This document shows positions 1-7,792 of a stretch of 64,000 nucleotides of DNA, piece by piece (within the stretch, counting starts at the first letter, position 1; each line of letters begins with the position of its first letter). This stretch comes from Chloroflexota bacterium. GTDB lineage: Bacteria; Chloroflexota; Chloroflexia; QHBQ01. The position numbers and the translations under genes are program-made. The DNA lies in assembly GCA_043754535.1 (NCBI GenBank), contig JAYUUN010000001.1, positions 461 to 64,460 of the forward strand. The letters are read 5' to 3'. The notes under the pieces were generated by a model. The model saw nothing but the letters and a program-made list of their open reading frames with translations, was not told the DNA's origin and ran no database searches.

Positions 1-1
1 C

Positions 2-319
2 CCTCAGACGGTGACGGTGAAGAAGCTGAACGACGCGCTAGCCAGCCATCCGCCCTTGCTGTTGCTAGACCTGATGGTGCGCGGGCAGGACTGGGAGGGG
101 GCGATTGCGGTGGCGCAGGCGGCGGGGCTGCTAGCGGGCGTGACGGTGGTTGCCTTTGGGCCGCACACCGACACTGCCCTGCTGCGGCGTGCAAAGGCAG
201 CGGGCGTAAGGGCTGTGCTTGCCAACCGCAAGGTGATGACCGACCTGCCCAGCGTGTTGCGCCGCTACCTGGGCGCAACGACGGTGGATGCAGAGGAGGA
301 TGACGATGGCGAAGGCTAA
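2..319 (+). CDS. receiver-like (CheY-type) domain protein, 5' end outside window (tentative)
   Basis: Frame is open to the left edge (no stop upstream of nt 11). PPLLLLDLMVRGQDWEG...VVAFGPH...AGVRAVLANR resembles the beta3-Asp to alpha5 part of a receiver domain. By-eye similarity only. Confidence 0.3.
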   Translation, partial: PQTVTVKKLNDALASHPPLLLLDLMVRGQDWEGAIAVAQAAGLLAGVTVVAFGPHTDTALLRRAKAAGVRAVLANRKVMTDLPSVLRRYLGATTVDAEEDDDGEG

Positions 320-1268
320 GAAGCTGGCAGTTGGCCTGGGCCTTGCGCTGGTCGGCATGGCGGCCAGCAATGCGATTATTGCGGCGATGACCCCAGAGCT
401 AGACAGCGTGATCGCAGGTGACAACCTCTACTACTCCTGGCGCGGCCACGATATCTTCTACAAGCGGCGCGGGCTGGCAGGCGCAACCCCCATGCTGTTG
501 CTGCACGGCATCAACGCGGCGGCTAGCAGCTATGAGATGCGAAAGCTAGTCGATTGCTTTAGCAGCGATCACGAGGTCTACGCTCCTGACCTGCTCGGCT
601 ACGGCCAGAGCGACCGTCCCGCCATCGAATACACGGCAGAGATTTACGTGCAACTGCTGATCGACTTTGCCCGCGAGGTAGTCGGCAGCGGACGCGGCAC
701 AGTGGTGGTCGCCAGTTCGCTGACCAGCGCACACCTGATCGAGGCGGCGGCGCGGGAGCCGCAGTTGTTCGCCCACCTGGTGCTGATCCAGCCTACCGGC
801 ATCGAGGCTCTGGTAGACCAGCCCGCCGCGATCAATAACCTCCTCTACACCCTCTTGCGTGCGCCAATCTTCGGCCAGTGGCTGTTCAACCTGCTGGTTT
901 CGCAAAGTAGCCTGCGGAACTTTCTCAAGCGGGACGGCTACATGGACGCGGAGCAGATCAGCGACGACTTGGTGGATGACTACCACATCGCCAGCCACCA
1001 GCCTGGCGCACGCTATGCCCCCGCCAGCTTCCTCGGTGCGCGCTTCAACCTCAACATCCGGGCTAACTTCGCCCGCCTGGGCCAGCCGCTGCTGGTAGCC
1101 TGGGGCCGCGCGGCACGCATCACCCCAGTCTGGCAAGCCGAAGCCTTCGCCGACGCAAACCCCCACGCCCGTATCCACCTGTTCAACCACAGCAACCTGC
1201 TCCCCCACGATGAGGAGGCGGCTGAGTTCGAGCGTGTCGTGCGCGAGTGGCTGACCGCTACCGTTTAG
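306..1268 (+). CDS. alpha/beta-fold hydrolase
   Basis: LLLHGINAAASS (HG oxyanion motif), VVVASSLTSAH nucleophile-elbow-like segment, C-terminal LLPHDE His. GAGGAGG (293-299) lies 6 nt before ATG 306; the longest ORF starts at 288. Confidence 0.7.
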   Translation: MAKAKKLAVGLGLALVGMAASNAIIAAMTPELDSVIAGDNLYYSWRGHDIFYKRRGLAGATPMLLLHGINAAASSYEMRKLVDCFSSDHEVYAPDLLGYGQSDRPAIEYTAEIYVQLLIDFAREVVGSGRGTVVVASSLTSAHLIEAAAREPQLFAHLVLIQPTGIEALVDQPAAINNLLYTLLRAPIFGQWLFNLLVSQSSLRNFLKRDGYMDAEQISDDLVDDYHIASHQPGARYAPASFLGARFNLNIRANFARLGQPLLVAWGRAARITPVWQAEAFADANPHARIHLFNHSNLLPHDEEAAEFERVVREWLTATV

Positions 1269-3160
1269 CGCGCCTTGAGGATCAGCACCGATTGGGGCTT
1301 GAGGTTGAAGGTGAGCAGGCCGTTGCTATCGGCGGTAATGCTGGTAGCGTACTGAAGTTCATCGCTACCTCCCGCCGCCGGGTTGCTATGATCAGGGTCG
1401 AGCAGGTAGAGATCGTAGCTGCGTGGCAGGCCAGTGGCGAGCGCAAGGCTGAGGCGACCGGCTGCGTCGCTGTCGAACCAGGCGACGATTGTTTGACCGC
1501 CCAGCCCAGCGATAGCCCCCGCCCGGTCGCTGCTGGTCTGCACCACCAGCCGCTCGTTGCCCAGTGCCTGGTAGGCTTGTAGCGCGTGGTAGATCGGCTT
1601 GCGCCCTCCTCCTTCGCTCATCACCCCCCAGCGGCCCCAGTATGGCTTGCCCTCACGGTAGCCGTCCTTCAACTCAAACAGCAGCCCCCAGTCCAATCCC
1701 CCCCGCTCCATGCCATTGAGGACGGAGAGGGCGTGGACGGCTGCCGCCGCAGTGTCGCTCAGGTTGTTGAGGCTGGTGTCGTCCGCTCCGCCGGTTGCCA
1801 CGTTCCACTCGCTGATCATCAACTCTGGGTGCAGGCTGGGGTGGCGGGCCAGCAGCTTGCGAGCCGCTTCTACCTCGCGGCGCACCTGCTCCCCTGAGCG
1901 ACCGTAGGCGTGCCAGTCGAGAAAATCGAGCCTTGCACCAGTGGCAGTGCAGTGTTGCAGGAAGTCGTCCAGCAGGTTGGGGATAAAGCTAGTCAGCCCC
2001 GGCCCACCTAGCTTGATCGTCGGGTCGGCAGCAGTCGCCCCGCGATAGCTAGCGTCGTAGAGCAAGAAGTAGTCGGCGTAAGTGCCACGCCAGAAGCCGG
2101 GCGAGTCTGGCTCGTTCCACACTGCGAGGTAGTGGACGGGGGTTAGCCGCTCCACGTTGAAGTGGTGGACGGTGTCGTAGATCAGTTGTTGCCAGCGGGC
2201 GTAATCAGCCGGTGGGCTGATATGCTGGTTGCTGCCGCCAGTCTTGGGGGCGAAGCTGGGCGGCATATAGCTGAGGGCGAACATCGGCTCGGCCCCCATC
2301 TTGTAGATCGCATCCACCAATGCATCCAGCCCCGTCCAGTTGTAGTAGATGTTGCCCTGCTTATCGAAGTTGACAACGTTGTAGTAGTTGAAGATGTTGT
2401 CGAGGCGGATCAAGCGGGGGTGGAGGTCGCTGCTACGCTCAATTACGTTGTTGAAGAAGCGCGGGTCGTAGCTCTCGCCTCCCTCGCTGAAGCCAAACTT
2501 GAGGCTACGCGATGGGGCAAGCTGGCTGCTGATCCGCACTGTCGCCTGTGGCCCACCAGCATAGGGCAAGGCGGCACGACCAAGTTGGCCCAGGGTTACG
2601 CGGTAGGCAGTGGGCAATTCGGGATGCAACTCGAAGCGCGCCCGCTCAAACCACTGCACGGTGAAGCCCCCTTCGAGGTATGTCTCGCTGAGCGGGTAGC
2701 CGAAGATCGCCAGCCCACCATGCTGCCGCCAGTAGTCGCGGAAGTCTCCGCCCAGGTTGTGGCCGACTTCGGCGAAGTAGTCGCTGTCCACCTGCGCTGT
2801 TGTTGCTCGAAAGGAGGCCTCTGCGCTGCGGAAGGCTGTCTGTTCACGGCCCAGCAGCCCCAGGCTGACGCGATACTCTGGCGGCAGGTTGGGGTGCAAC
2901 TCAAGCCGTTGCCGCTCAAAATACTGGGTGCGGTAGCCACCCTCCATGCGCCCCTCAGTCAGCGGATAGCCAAAGAGGTCTAGGCCGCCATGCGCGTCGT
3001 AGTAGCCGACGAACTCAGCCGCCAGGGTGTGACCACTGGGTAGATAGAAGCGGCCAGCCACCTCCTGCCCGCGCGCAGGGCCACTGCCCAGGGCAAGAGC
3101 CAGCAAACAAACGAGGCTGACCATGCTCTGCGCCCCGCGCCCTCTGGGTTCAGTCACCAT
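1265..3160 (-). CDS. secreted glycoside hydrolase, GH39-like (clan GH-A), with two N-terminal FGYP/QWFERAR repeats
   Basis: Signal-like LVCLLALALGSGPARG. Two ~60-aa repeats (HGGLDLFGYPLTE..QYFERQRLELHP; HGGLAIFGYPLSE..QWFERARFELHP). Catalytic-type motifs VWNEPD (acid/base) and ISEWN (nucleophile). Start could be 3160 or ATG 3124. Confidence 0.65.
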   Translation of the reverse strand: MVTEPRGRGAQSMVSLVCLLALALGSGPARGQEVAGRFYLPSGHTLAAEFVGYYDAHGGLDLFGYPLTEGRMEGGYRTQYFERQRLELHPNLPPEYRVSLGLLGREQTAFRSAEASFRATTAQVDSDYFAEVGHNLGGDFRDYWRQHGGLAIFGYPLSETYLEGGFTVQWFERARFELHPELPTAYRVTLGQLGRAALPYAGGPQATVRISSQLAPSRSLKFGFSEGGESYDPRFFNNVIERSSDLHPRLIRLDNIFNYYNVVNFDKQGNIYYNWTGLDALVDAIYKMGAEPMFALSYMPPSFAPKTGGSNQHISPPADYARWQQLIYDTVHHFNVERLTPVHYLAVWNEPDSPGFWRGTYADYFLLYDASYRGATAADPTIKLGGPGLTSFIPNLLDDFLQHCTATGARLDFLDWHAYGRSGEQVRREVEAARKLLARHPSLHPELMISEWNVATGGADDTSLNNLSDTAAAAVHALSVLNGMERGGLDWGLLFELKDGYREGKPYWGRWGVMSEGGGRKPIYHALQAYQALGNERLVVQTSSDRAGAIAGLGGQTIVAWFDSDAAGRLSLALATGLPRSYDLYLLDPDHSNPAAGGSDELQYATSITADSNGLLTFNLKPQSVLILKAR

Positions 3161-3237
3161 TGACCTCCTGCCCCGCGAAACAACCTTTGCGCCGCCCTTC
3201 CAGGGAGCGGTTACACCTGCTCAGCTACTACAATGGC

Positions 3238-3246
3238 ATTGTACCA
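3238..3246 (-). promoter_or_regulatory. extended -10 promoter candidate (TGGTACAAT) for the GH39-like gene
   Basis: The minus strand reads TGGTACAAT in the intergenic region upstream of 3160, and an AGGAGG lies just before the ATG. Confidence 0.4.
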
Positions 3247-3263
3247 CAGCCACTTGGGCGACA

Positions 3264-3297
3264 CAAAAAGCCGCCCACCAATACAACGGTGGGCAGG
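3264..3297 (-). terminator. Rho-independent terminator candidate after the LLM oxidoreductase gene
   Basis: Minus strand: GCCCACC - 8 nt loop - GGTGGGC followed by GGCTTTTTG, 66 nt downstream of the stop at 3363. Confidence 0.5.
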
Positions 3298-3362
3298 TGG
3301 TAGAGGTTGCAGCAACGCCAGTGCAGGCAGCTTGCTGCTCTAGCCATGAGGCTGACCGCCAC

Positions 3363-4277
3363 TCAGCGGTTGAGGGCAGGCAGCACCTCGCCGATCAGCA
3401 GTTCCAGGGTCGTCAGTTCTGGAAAACCGCCGCAGCCGAGCATGAAGCAGTCCACCCCCAGTTCGACGAAGGGGCGCATTTGTTCTACGACTTGTGGGGG
3501 GGTGCCGATGAAGGCGGTCTCGCTGGTAATACCCAGGCCCGCATTCAGCCGCTCAACCTCGGCCTCATCCTTGCCGACTATGCAGCCGCCAAACCAGGTG
3601 CGGCGCAAGCTAGCGGGGTCGCGGCCCAGTTCGGCGCAGGCGCGCTCTAGCTGCTCGCTCTGAGCGCGGAAGTCGGCAATCCCTGTCCAACTAACGTTCC
3701 ACCAGTCGGCGTATTGGGCGACGAGGCGCAGCATCCTGGGCTTGCTCCCCCCGATCATGATCGGTGGCAGCGGCTCTGGCTTCGGCTCGCACCATGCCTG
3801 CTCTACGCTGTAATACTTGCCGCTGAAACTGGCGCGCTCCTCCGTCCAGAGTGCCTTAACCACTTGCAGGTACTCCGCCAACTCGTCTACCCGCTGACCG
3901 GCTGGCGGAAAGTCGTAGCCGTAGGCAGCATACTCGTCCTCCTTCCAGCCTGCACCAATGCCGAGGATGAAGCGACCGCCGCTCAACACCTGCGCGCTAG
4001 CCGCCATCTTCGCGGTCAGGCCAGGATTGCGGAACGATTGGCAGAGGACAGCGTGGCCGAACTGCAACTGTGGATACTGGCCCATCAGGTAGCTGAGGCC
4101 GACCCAGCCCTCAAGCAGTAGGCGGTCATCGAACTGCAAGTGGTCAATAATCCAGGCCGAGGCACAATGGCCGCTGGCGAGGTCGAGGGCGCGGTGGAGA
4201 GCAGGCAGCCACTCCGACTGCCTGCTCTTGTCGCGCAAGCTGCCAGGCATCGCAAATCCAAGTTCTATCTTCGTCAT
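3363..4277 (-). CDS. LLM-class (luciferase-like) flavin/F420-dependent oxidoreductase
   Basis: FGHAVLCQSFRNPGLTAKMAASAQVLSGGRFILGIGAGWKEDEY block typical of luciferase-like monooxygenase family proteins. AAGGAG precedes ATG 4277. Confidence 0.75.
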   Translation of the reverse strand: MTKIELGFAMPGSLRDKSRQSEWLPALHRALDLASGHCASAWIIDHLQFDDRLLLEGWVGLSYLMGQYPQLQFGHAVLCQSFRNPGLTAKMAASAQVLSGGRFILGIGAGWKEDEYAAYGYDFPPAGQRVDELAEYLQVVKALWTEERASFSGKYYSVEQAWCEPKPEPLPPIMIGGSKPRMLRLVAQYADWWNVSWTGIADFRAQSEQLERACAELGRDPASLRRTWFGGCIVGKDEAEVERLNAGLGITSETAFIGTPPQVVEQMRPFVELGVDCFMLGCGGFPELTTLELLIGEVLPALNR

Positions 4278-4298
4278 AATCTTCTCCTTTGGACTAAA

Positions 4299-6023
4299 CT
4301 AAACGACGGGCAGTACCAAAGCCGAGGGGTGGGCTGCATCGTGGTAGATCGTCTGGTCGGCAGTCAGCAGGCGGGTGGCGGTTAGCACCGACTCTGCTGT
4401 GCCAAGATTGCGATTGATGCGCGGGTGTGCGCCGCTGGAGACTTGCAGGCGCAGGCGGTGGCCTGCGGCAAAGCGTTGAGCGGTGGCCCACATCTCAACT
4501 ACAATGCGGCGGCTACCGTCGGGTTGCACTTCACCTACGCTCGGTCGCACACGCAGCAGGCCATCGCAGATGTTGATCGAGCGGCCATCAGGTTGCACGT
4601 CGCAGAGGCGCGCGAAGAAGTCGGCGTAGTCCAGGCTGGATCGGCAATACAGTTCCAGGCGCACCGGGCCAATTACCTCTATCGCCTGTGTCAGGGGGGC
4701 AGTGGTGTAGGTAAGCACGTCGGGCCTGGCCTCCAACGGGCGGTTGTCCACCGGCCCTGCATCGCTGGTGAGCAGGGGGCCACCCAGCGACGGGGTGGGG
4801 TCGGCGGGGTCGTAGCGATAGTGGTCGGCCCGGCTATCCGCTGGTGGTTCACTGGCCGCCAACCCGCCTGCGGCTTGCAGATAGTAGCGATTGAGGCTCG
4901 CAGGCGGCGGCCACTCATCATAGCTGCGCCACTCGTCGGCCCCCATCACGTAGATGCTGACTGGCTGGGCGCGCAGGTTGCCAGCCTCGCCCTTCAAGTA
5001 CCTTTCATACCAGGGCAGCCCCTCGCGCACGCTAGCCATCACCGCCTGGAGGTCGTGACCGTAAGGGCCGATGGTCAGGTAGGGTTGCTGGCCGCCGTGC
5101 CGCAGGGTGGCATAATCGGCTAGCACGTCGTAGAGGAAGATGTCGTACCAGCCGCCGATCAGGTTGACTGGCACGGTCAGCCCCGCCAGCTTCTCGCGCA
5201 CGCTGAACTCCCAGAAGTGGTCTTCGGAGCGCGGGTGCAGCAGCCACTTGCGGAAGTAGTGTAGCGGGCGACCAACAGCGATCTCGTCGGCTTGGCCGAG
5301 TGGTAGGTGGTTGGCAGCTTTGCTGAAGCGGGCCGCCGCTTGCTTCGAGCGCACCTGGTTCAGGATGCGGCGCGGCGACCAGCCATTCGCCCCCGCCTCC
5401 AGGCTCATCAGCCAACTGAGCAGCCCACCAGTGGCGAACGCCCCCTCTGCGCCGTAGACATAGGAGTAGGAGTAGGCACTGGTGATCGAGGGAACCATAG
5501 CCTTGAGGTAGGGCGGCAGCTTGCGGGTCAACGTCCACTGCGTCCAGCCATTGTAGCTTTCACCCCAGGTGCCAAGTGCGCCGTTAAACCAGGGCTGCTG
5601 GCTGATCCACTCAAGGGTAGCGTAGCCGTCCTCACCCTCGTTCTCGAACGGTAGGAAGTGGCCGCCAGAGTCGAAGCGGCCTCGCACATCCTGCATGATG
5701 AAGTGGTAGCCACGCTCAGCAAAGAGGTAAGCGATGGTAGCAGCAAACACGCCCAACGGTCCGCTCTTGTTGTCGCGCCCATAGGGGGTGCGGCGGACGA
5801 GGGTTGGGTAGTCGCCGGGGGTGCTGGGGTAGTAGTGGTCGGCGGCAAGGATCACGCCATCAGCCATCGGCACACGCAGGTTGCGCTCGATCTTCACCCC
5901 GAACCTGGCTGGCGGCAGACCAAAGCGGTCAGCGACCACCTTGTAGCGTTGGCCGTAGGCCAGCCCACCTGCCAGAGCCATGGTTGCCCCAGCCGCCGCC
6001 GCCGCAATCTTCAGTTTCGTCAT
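4299..6023 (-). CDS. CocE/NonD family (S15 X-Pro dipeptidyl-peptidase-like) hydrolase
   Basis: VRRTPYGRDNK, GESYNGWTQW (GxSYxG Ser nucleophile motif), long C-terminal beta-sandwich-like region. Hydrophobic N-terminus. AAGGAGAA before ATG 6023. 21 nt upstream of the LLM gene, so probably an operon. Confidence 0.75.
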   Translation of the reverse strand: MTKLKIAAAAAGATMALAGGLAYGQRYKVVADRFGLPPARFGVKIERNLRVPMADGVILAADHYYPSTPGDYPTLVRRTPYGRDNKSGPLGVFAATIAYLFAERGYHFIMQDVRGRFDSGGHFLPFENEGEDGYATLEWISQQPWFNGALGTWGESYNGWTQWTLTRKLPPYLKAMVPSITSAYSYSYVYGAEGAFATGGLLSWLMSLEAGANGWSPRRILNQVRSKQAAARFSKAANHLPLGQADEIAVGRPLHYFRKWLLHPRSEDHFWEFSVREKLAGLTVPVNLIGGWYDIFLYDVLADYATLRHGGQQPYLTIGPYGHDLQAVMASVREGLPWYERYLKGEAGNLRAQPVSIYVMGADEWRSYDEWPPPASLNRYYLQAAGGLAASEPPADSRADHYRYDPADPTPSLGGPLLTSDAGPVDNRPLEARPDVLTYTTAPLTQAIEVIGPVRLELYCRSSLDYADFFARLCDVQPDGRSINICDGLLRVRPSVGEVQPDGSRRIVVEMWATAQRFAAGHRLRLQVSSGAHPRINRNLGTAESVLTATRLLTADQTIYHDAAHPSALVLPVV

Positions 6024-6129
6024 CGGTTCTCCTTCTCAGAAGCCTTGTTGGAACCATTGTGTATTGAGCAATTAGATTTGCGTGTCGCTGGTATTCTGCC
6101 AACCGCAGCTAGCAATGCGCAGCAGTGGT

Positions 6130-6159
6130 TGTCAGCCAACCCAGCCTGGTGCTATACTT
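6130..6159 (+). promoter_or_regulatory. sigma70-type promoter candidate TTGTCA-18-(TGC)TATACT
   Basis: TTGTCA 6130-6135, TGCTATACT 6151-6159, GGAGGG then ATG 6181. Confidence 0.45.
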
Positions 6160-6180
6160 CCTCCTCGGAGGGATTGTTGA

Positions 6181-7574
6181 TGGCAATAGAGCAAGTTATG
6201 GGCCGACTAGCAGCAGCGATGCGCCCGATAGTTGGTGAGCAGCAGGTTAGTACAGGCGACCTGGCCGCCTGGGGTGGGGACGCTTCGCAGGAGTTTGCTT
6301 TGCCTGGCCTGGTGGTCGCCCCTGGCAGTGTGGCGGAGGTGGCGGCTGTCGTTCGGCTGGCAACCAGGGCGGGCGTGGCAGTGACGACGCGGGGTGCAGG
6401 TAGTGGGCTGGCTGGCGGTGCGGTGCCGCAGCCTGGTGGTCTCGTCCTCAGCATGGCCCGCCTCAGCCGCATCGTCGAGCTTGACGCAGCGGCCATGACC
6501 GCAACTGTAGAAGCGGGGGTGGTCACTGGCGACCTGCAAGCGATGGTTGAGGCCCAAAATCTGTTCTACCCCCCCGACCCGGCTAGCCTCAGTTGGTGTA
6601 CCATCGGCGGCAATGTCGCCTGCAATGCTGGCGGCCCACGAGCCTTCAAGTACGGCATGACCCGCAACTACGTGCTGGGCCTGACGGTGGTGCTGGCCGA
6701 CGGGCAGATCGTGCGCCTGGGTAGCAAGACTCACAAGCAGTCCTCTGGCTACAACCTCAGCCAGTTGTTCGTTGGCTCAGAGGGTACATTGGGGGTGATC
6801 TGCGAGGCTACCCTGCGCCTGATCCCACGCCCTGCCGCCCGCGCCACCCTCACCGCCCTCTTTCCCACCCTGCTGGCCGCCAGCGAAGCAGTGACGGCGG
6901 TGCTACACAGTGGTTGCCAGCCCTGCGCGGTCGAGTTGATGGATCAGGCGACGATCCGCGCGGTAGAGAGCGTCGTTCACCTGGGTTTGCCCCTTGAGGC
7001 GGGCGCACTGCTGCTGGTCGAGGTAGACGGTGCCTTCAGTGATGCGTTGGCCGCTGAACTGGTGGGCATTCAGCACATCTGCGAGAGCTTTGGCGCGAGT
7101 GCGCTGGCGGTAGCCACTGGTGATGAGGAGCGCGCGCGCCTGTGGTTGGCCCGCCGCAATGTCTACCACGGCATGGTCGCTGCTGCGCCGAACTTCTATC
7201 TGGAGGATGTGGTGGTTCCCCGCTCGGTGATCCCCCAGTTGGTAGGGCGGGTGGCAGCGATAGCGGTAGAGACGGGCGTGCAGATCGCGGTGGCTGGTCA
7301 CGCAGGCGATGGCAATCTCCACCCCTGCATCCTGTTCGATGGCAGTGACCTCGCCCAGGCAGCGGCGGCTAAGCGAGCAGAGAGCGCGATAGTAGAGGCG
7401 GCCCTTGCCCTCGGTGGCATGGTTTCTGGCGAACATGGGGTGGGCAGCCGCAAGCAACCGTATCTGGCAGCGGGGGTGGGCGACCCTGCCTACGCCCTGA
7501 TGCGGGCGGTCAAGCGCACCCTCGACCCCCACAATCTGCTCAACCCTGGCAAGGTAGTGACCTTTGAGCAGTAA
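6181..7574 (+). CDS. FAD-linked oxidase, GlcD / D-lactate dehydrogenase family
   Basis: TRGAGSGLAGGAVP FAD-binding motif, C-terminal GGMVSGEHGVGSRK and TLDPHNLLNPGK. The ORF-track ORF begins at 5658, but its first ~174 codons are antisense to the CocE gene, so ATG 6181 was chosen. Confidence 0.8.
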
Positions 7575-7737
7575 GTAGCTGCTCTCTGCCAGCCTATTAC
7601 CGCAAGCTGCTGCAACCTGGCTTTCGTCCAAACCCACTGGCAGTTAGCGAGTCAGGCCGCCCGACCAGCGATCTAGCAGCCTGGGCCGAAATGAAGGGCT
7701 GGAAAGGCACATTCGGCTAGCCATCTCCCCCCCTATT

Positions 7738-7746
7738 TGGTAGAAT
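7738..7746 (+). promoter_or_regulatory. extended -10 promoter candidate (TGGTAGAAT) for pcrA
   Basis: TGGTAGAAT lies in the intergenic region, and GGAGGA lies 8 nt before TTG 7793. Confidence 0.4.
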
Positions 7747-7792
7747 CACAGCAGCAAACCCTTACTGCCCGCTCGCCTGGAGGAGTTACCCC

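Noticed and set aside
6071-6080. The 10-mer ATTAGATTTG is repeated at 6071-6080 and 56881-56890, both in divergent promoter regions.
   Set aside because: Only two copies, with no flanking similarity and no palindromic character. This could be chance among AT-rich promoter DNA.
5658-6180. N-terminal 174-codon extension of the GlcD-like ORF.
   Set aside because: It is antisense to the well-supported CocE/NonD gene and precedes the TTGTCA-18-TATACT promoter and GGAGGG-ATG 6181.
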